A stretch of DNA of 64,000 bases from Dimorphilus gyrociliatus (lineage: Eukaryota > Animalia > Annelida): contig CAJFCJ010000019.1 in assembly GCA_904063045.1 (NCBI GenBank), positions 124,001-188,000 of the forward strand, in the 5' to 3' direction. Positions 62,328 to 64,000 of the stretch are shown piece by piece. Each line of letters begins with the position of its first letter. The first letter of the stretch is position 1. The translations under genes were made by a program, and so were the position numbers. Below the pieces are notes generated by a model. It was not told the DNA's origin. It saw only the letters and a program-made list of their open reading frames with translations, and made no database searches.

Positions 62328-64000
62328 TCTGCAGTTTATTCTCGTCTCAGCCGATAAAAATGCCTGCTAAATGCTAAAGTTATATTTTACCATGCAGATC
62401 GACCCTATTGTTAACCTCTAAGATTACAGGCTGAACCTTGTGAATGATGATCACGTGCAAATAAACATATATTCCCTAATCAGTTAACTAGAGCAAATTA
62501 TTGCTGAATTAACCATGACCATCGATATTTTTTTTACAGTGAACATTCAACTTTTACAATGCCAAGGGCCAAAGATTATAAAGCAAATTGATAATTTTTA
62601 AAATACTTTGAATTTTATTCTAAACTTAAATAGATTAGTTAGCCACTTTTTCTTTTTTAAGGCTTTTAAACAATTTGATTAGTGCTTTTGCTAGGATGAT
62701 TACACAAAATGCATACAGTATCGCTCAACCATGGAAGGGAGTTAGCATTGAATTGTTTTCAACTTTTTACTTAGGCTTTAAGTTTTTCTTTTAAATATAA
62801 AAGAAACTTTTTTTTTAAATAGATCTCTTATATTTAATTTAAAAAAAGCTATACTTCTTTGCAAAATGCGTAATAAAGCGACCTAATTAAACTTTGTTAA
62901 ATCATTTAATTTTCCTTCCTCTCTATATAGAAACTTCTTCCGTCAGCTATTTTTAAAAGGGAAAAAAATCGTATAAAGAGCGGTTATTTAACCTTTTAAA
63001 TAGAGTTTACTGTTAACTAAGTTGAACAATAACAATTGATTTTTACTACGTGCCATTCAAAGGGCGATTGTATAAAAGATATCCTTGGGCTTTTTTGCAT
63101 TAATAGACTTAAACGTGAACTTAAATAACACAAAAAATTTAAAAAAGATTTTTAAAAAAATACAATATCATCATTACTATTAAGAATTTGTGATATCTTT
63201 TTATTGGAATAATGTAATTGTACGTTTTTTCATCCTCTTCCAAATAAATGTTAAATAGTTGCTTAACAAACTGTTAGCGTGTTTTCCTCTTTTAAATTCC
63301 CTAAGTTATTCGAGTTCGATTTTTTTTTCTTTTTGTTAGCATTTGGCTAGTTTGTACCCATTTTAATGATACTTAAAAATTCCCATCACCACTTTTTCCA
63401 TACTACTATGTACGATTGGCACTACTAATTTCCTAAAAGTAGTAATGCTCGTCGACACTCTGGGGCATCTAGCTATTTGTATAAAACGTTGCTTTTCATT
63501 TATAAGTCACTATTTACTGTATAAAAAAAAGAAACTAGTTAATTTTTTCCAGATAACAGTTTTGCGAGTTTTGTCTTTGCATAATAAATATCCCACGGTT
63601 TAGCACAAAAAACTAAATTCCCAACGATTAGATGTTGGTAGTCATATGATAAACTTTAAAAAATGTTCATATCGATTTAACGCATGCCCGCCTATTATCA
63701 AATCAACACTATCCAACCCATCTCATGCACCACTTATCCAATTCTCTTGATAAAATAGCTATGACATACTTGTTTTTTCCTTCACTTTTACACCACTTCC
63801 ACAGTAAATATTCGATTGAGATAACAATATTGCTACGTCCTTGTTTCTCATTTTAAAATATTCTATTCTGCCTATTTAACCATATTGTAAATATATATAA
63901 ATTCCTTTCTTCCTTCTTTCTATGATACTTTATCAGTCATACTTGTTCTATTAGCAAGAAAAAACTAAATATTTTAGTTTTGTACTATTGATCTTTCTTT

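Noticed and set aside
63640-63760. Minus-strand frame ISGA*DGLDSVDLIIGGH, a possible second Sec codon or nucleotidase-like motif
   Set aside because: No redox-motif context, no SECIS seen, no clear splice sites, and further stops nearby.

Overview
AT-rich eukaryotic (animal) genomic DNA with a very compact layout: introns mostly 50-110 nt and gene pairs tightly head-to-head or tail-to-tail. Gene content and compaction suggest a spiralian/lophotrochozoan, possibly a miniaturised annelid such as Dimorphilus (inference only). I assembled 16 protein-coding genes by hand: peptide GPCR, POLH, MFSD1, NUP155, FBXO41, ASPP (TP53BP2/PPP1R13B family), SELENOW, a secreted EF-hand protein, GALNT, MYORG, AUH, SUZ12, SLC25A24/25, an RXFP/LGR3-type receptor (5' end unresolved), a C1orf21-like gene and NMRAL1. 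There is also a MetX/Cys2-family serine O-succinyltransferase and a probable orphan last exon at the left edge. Main highlights: (1) a selenoprotein W gene absent from the ORF track, with an in-frame UGA in C-G-V-U and a SECIS hairpin in a separate 3'UTR exon; (2) an intron-rich Cys2-like gene pointing to the non-vertebrate O-succinylserine route to cysteine; (3) an ASPP locus with no visible N-terminal ubiquitin-like domain but several candidate phase-0 alternative first exons, one with a myristoylation signal and one with a D-box; (4) Pol eta with a GC-AG intron and no recognisable UBZ finger. No rRNA, tRNA, CRISPR or intact mobile element was recognised. All exon structures and homologies are from manual reading and recalled family motifs, not database searches.
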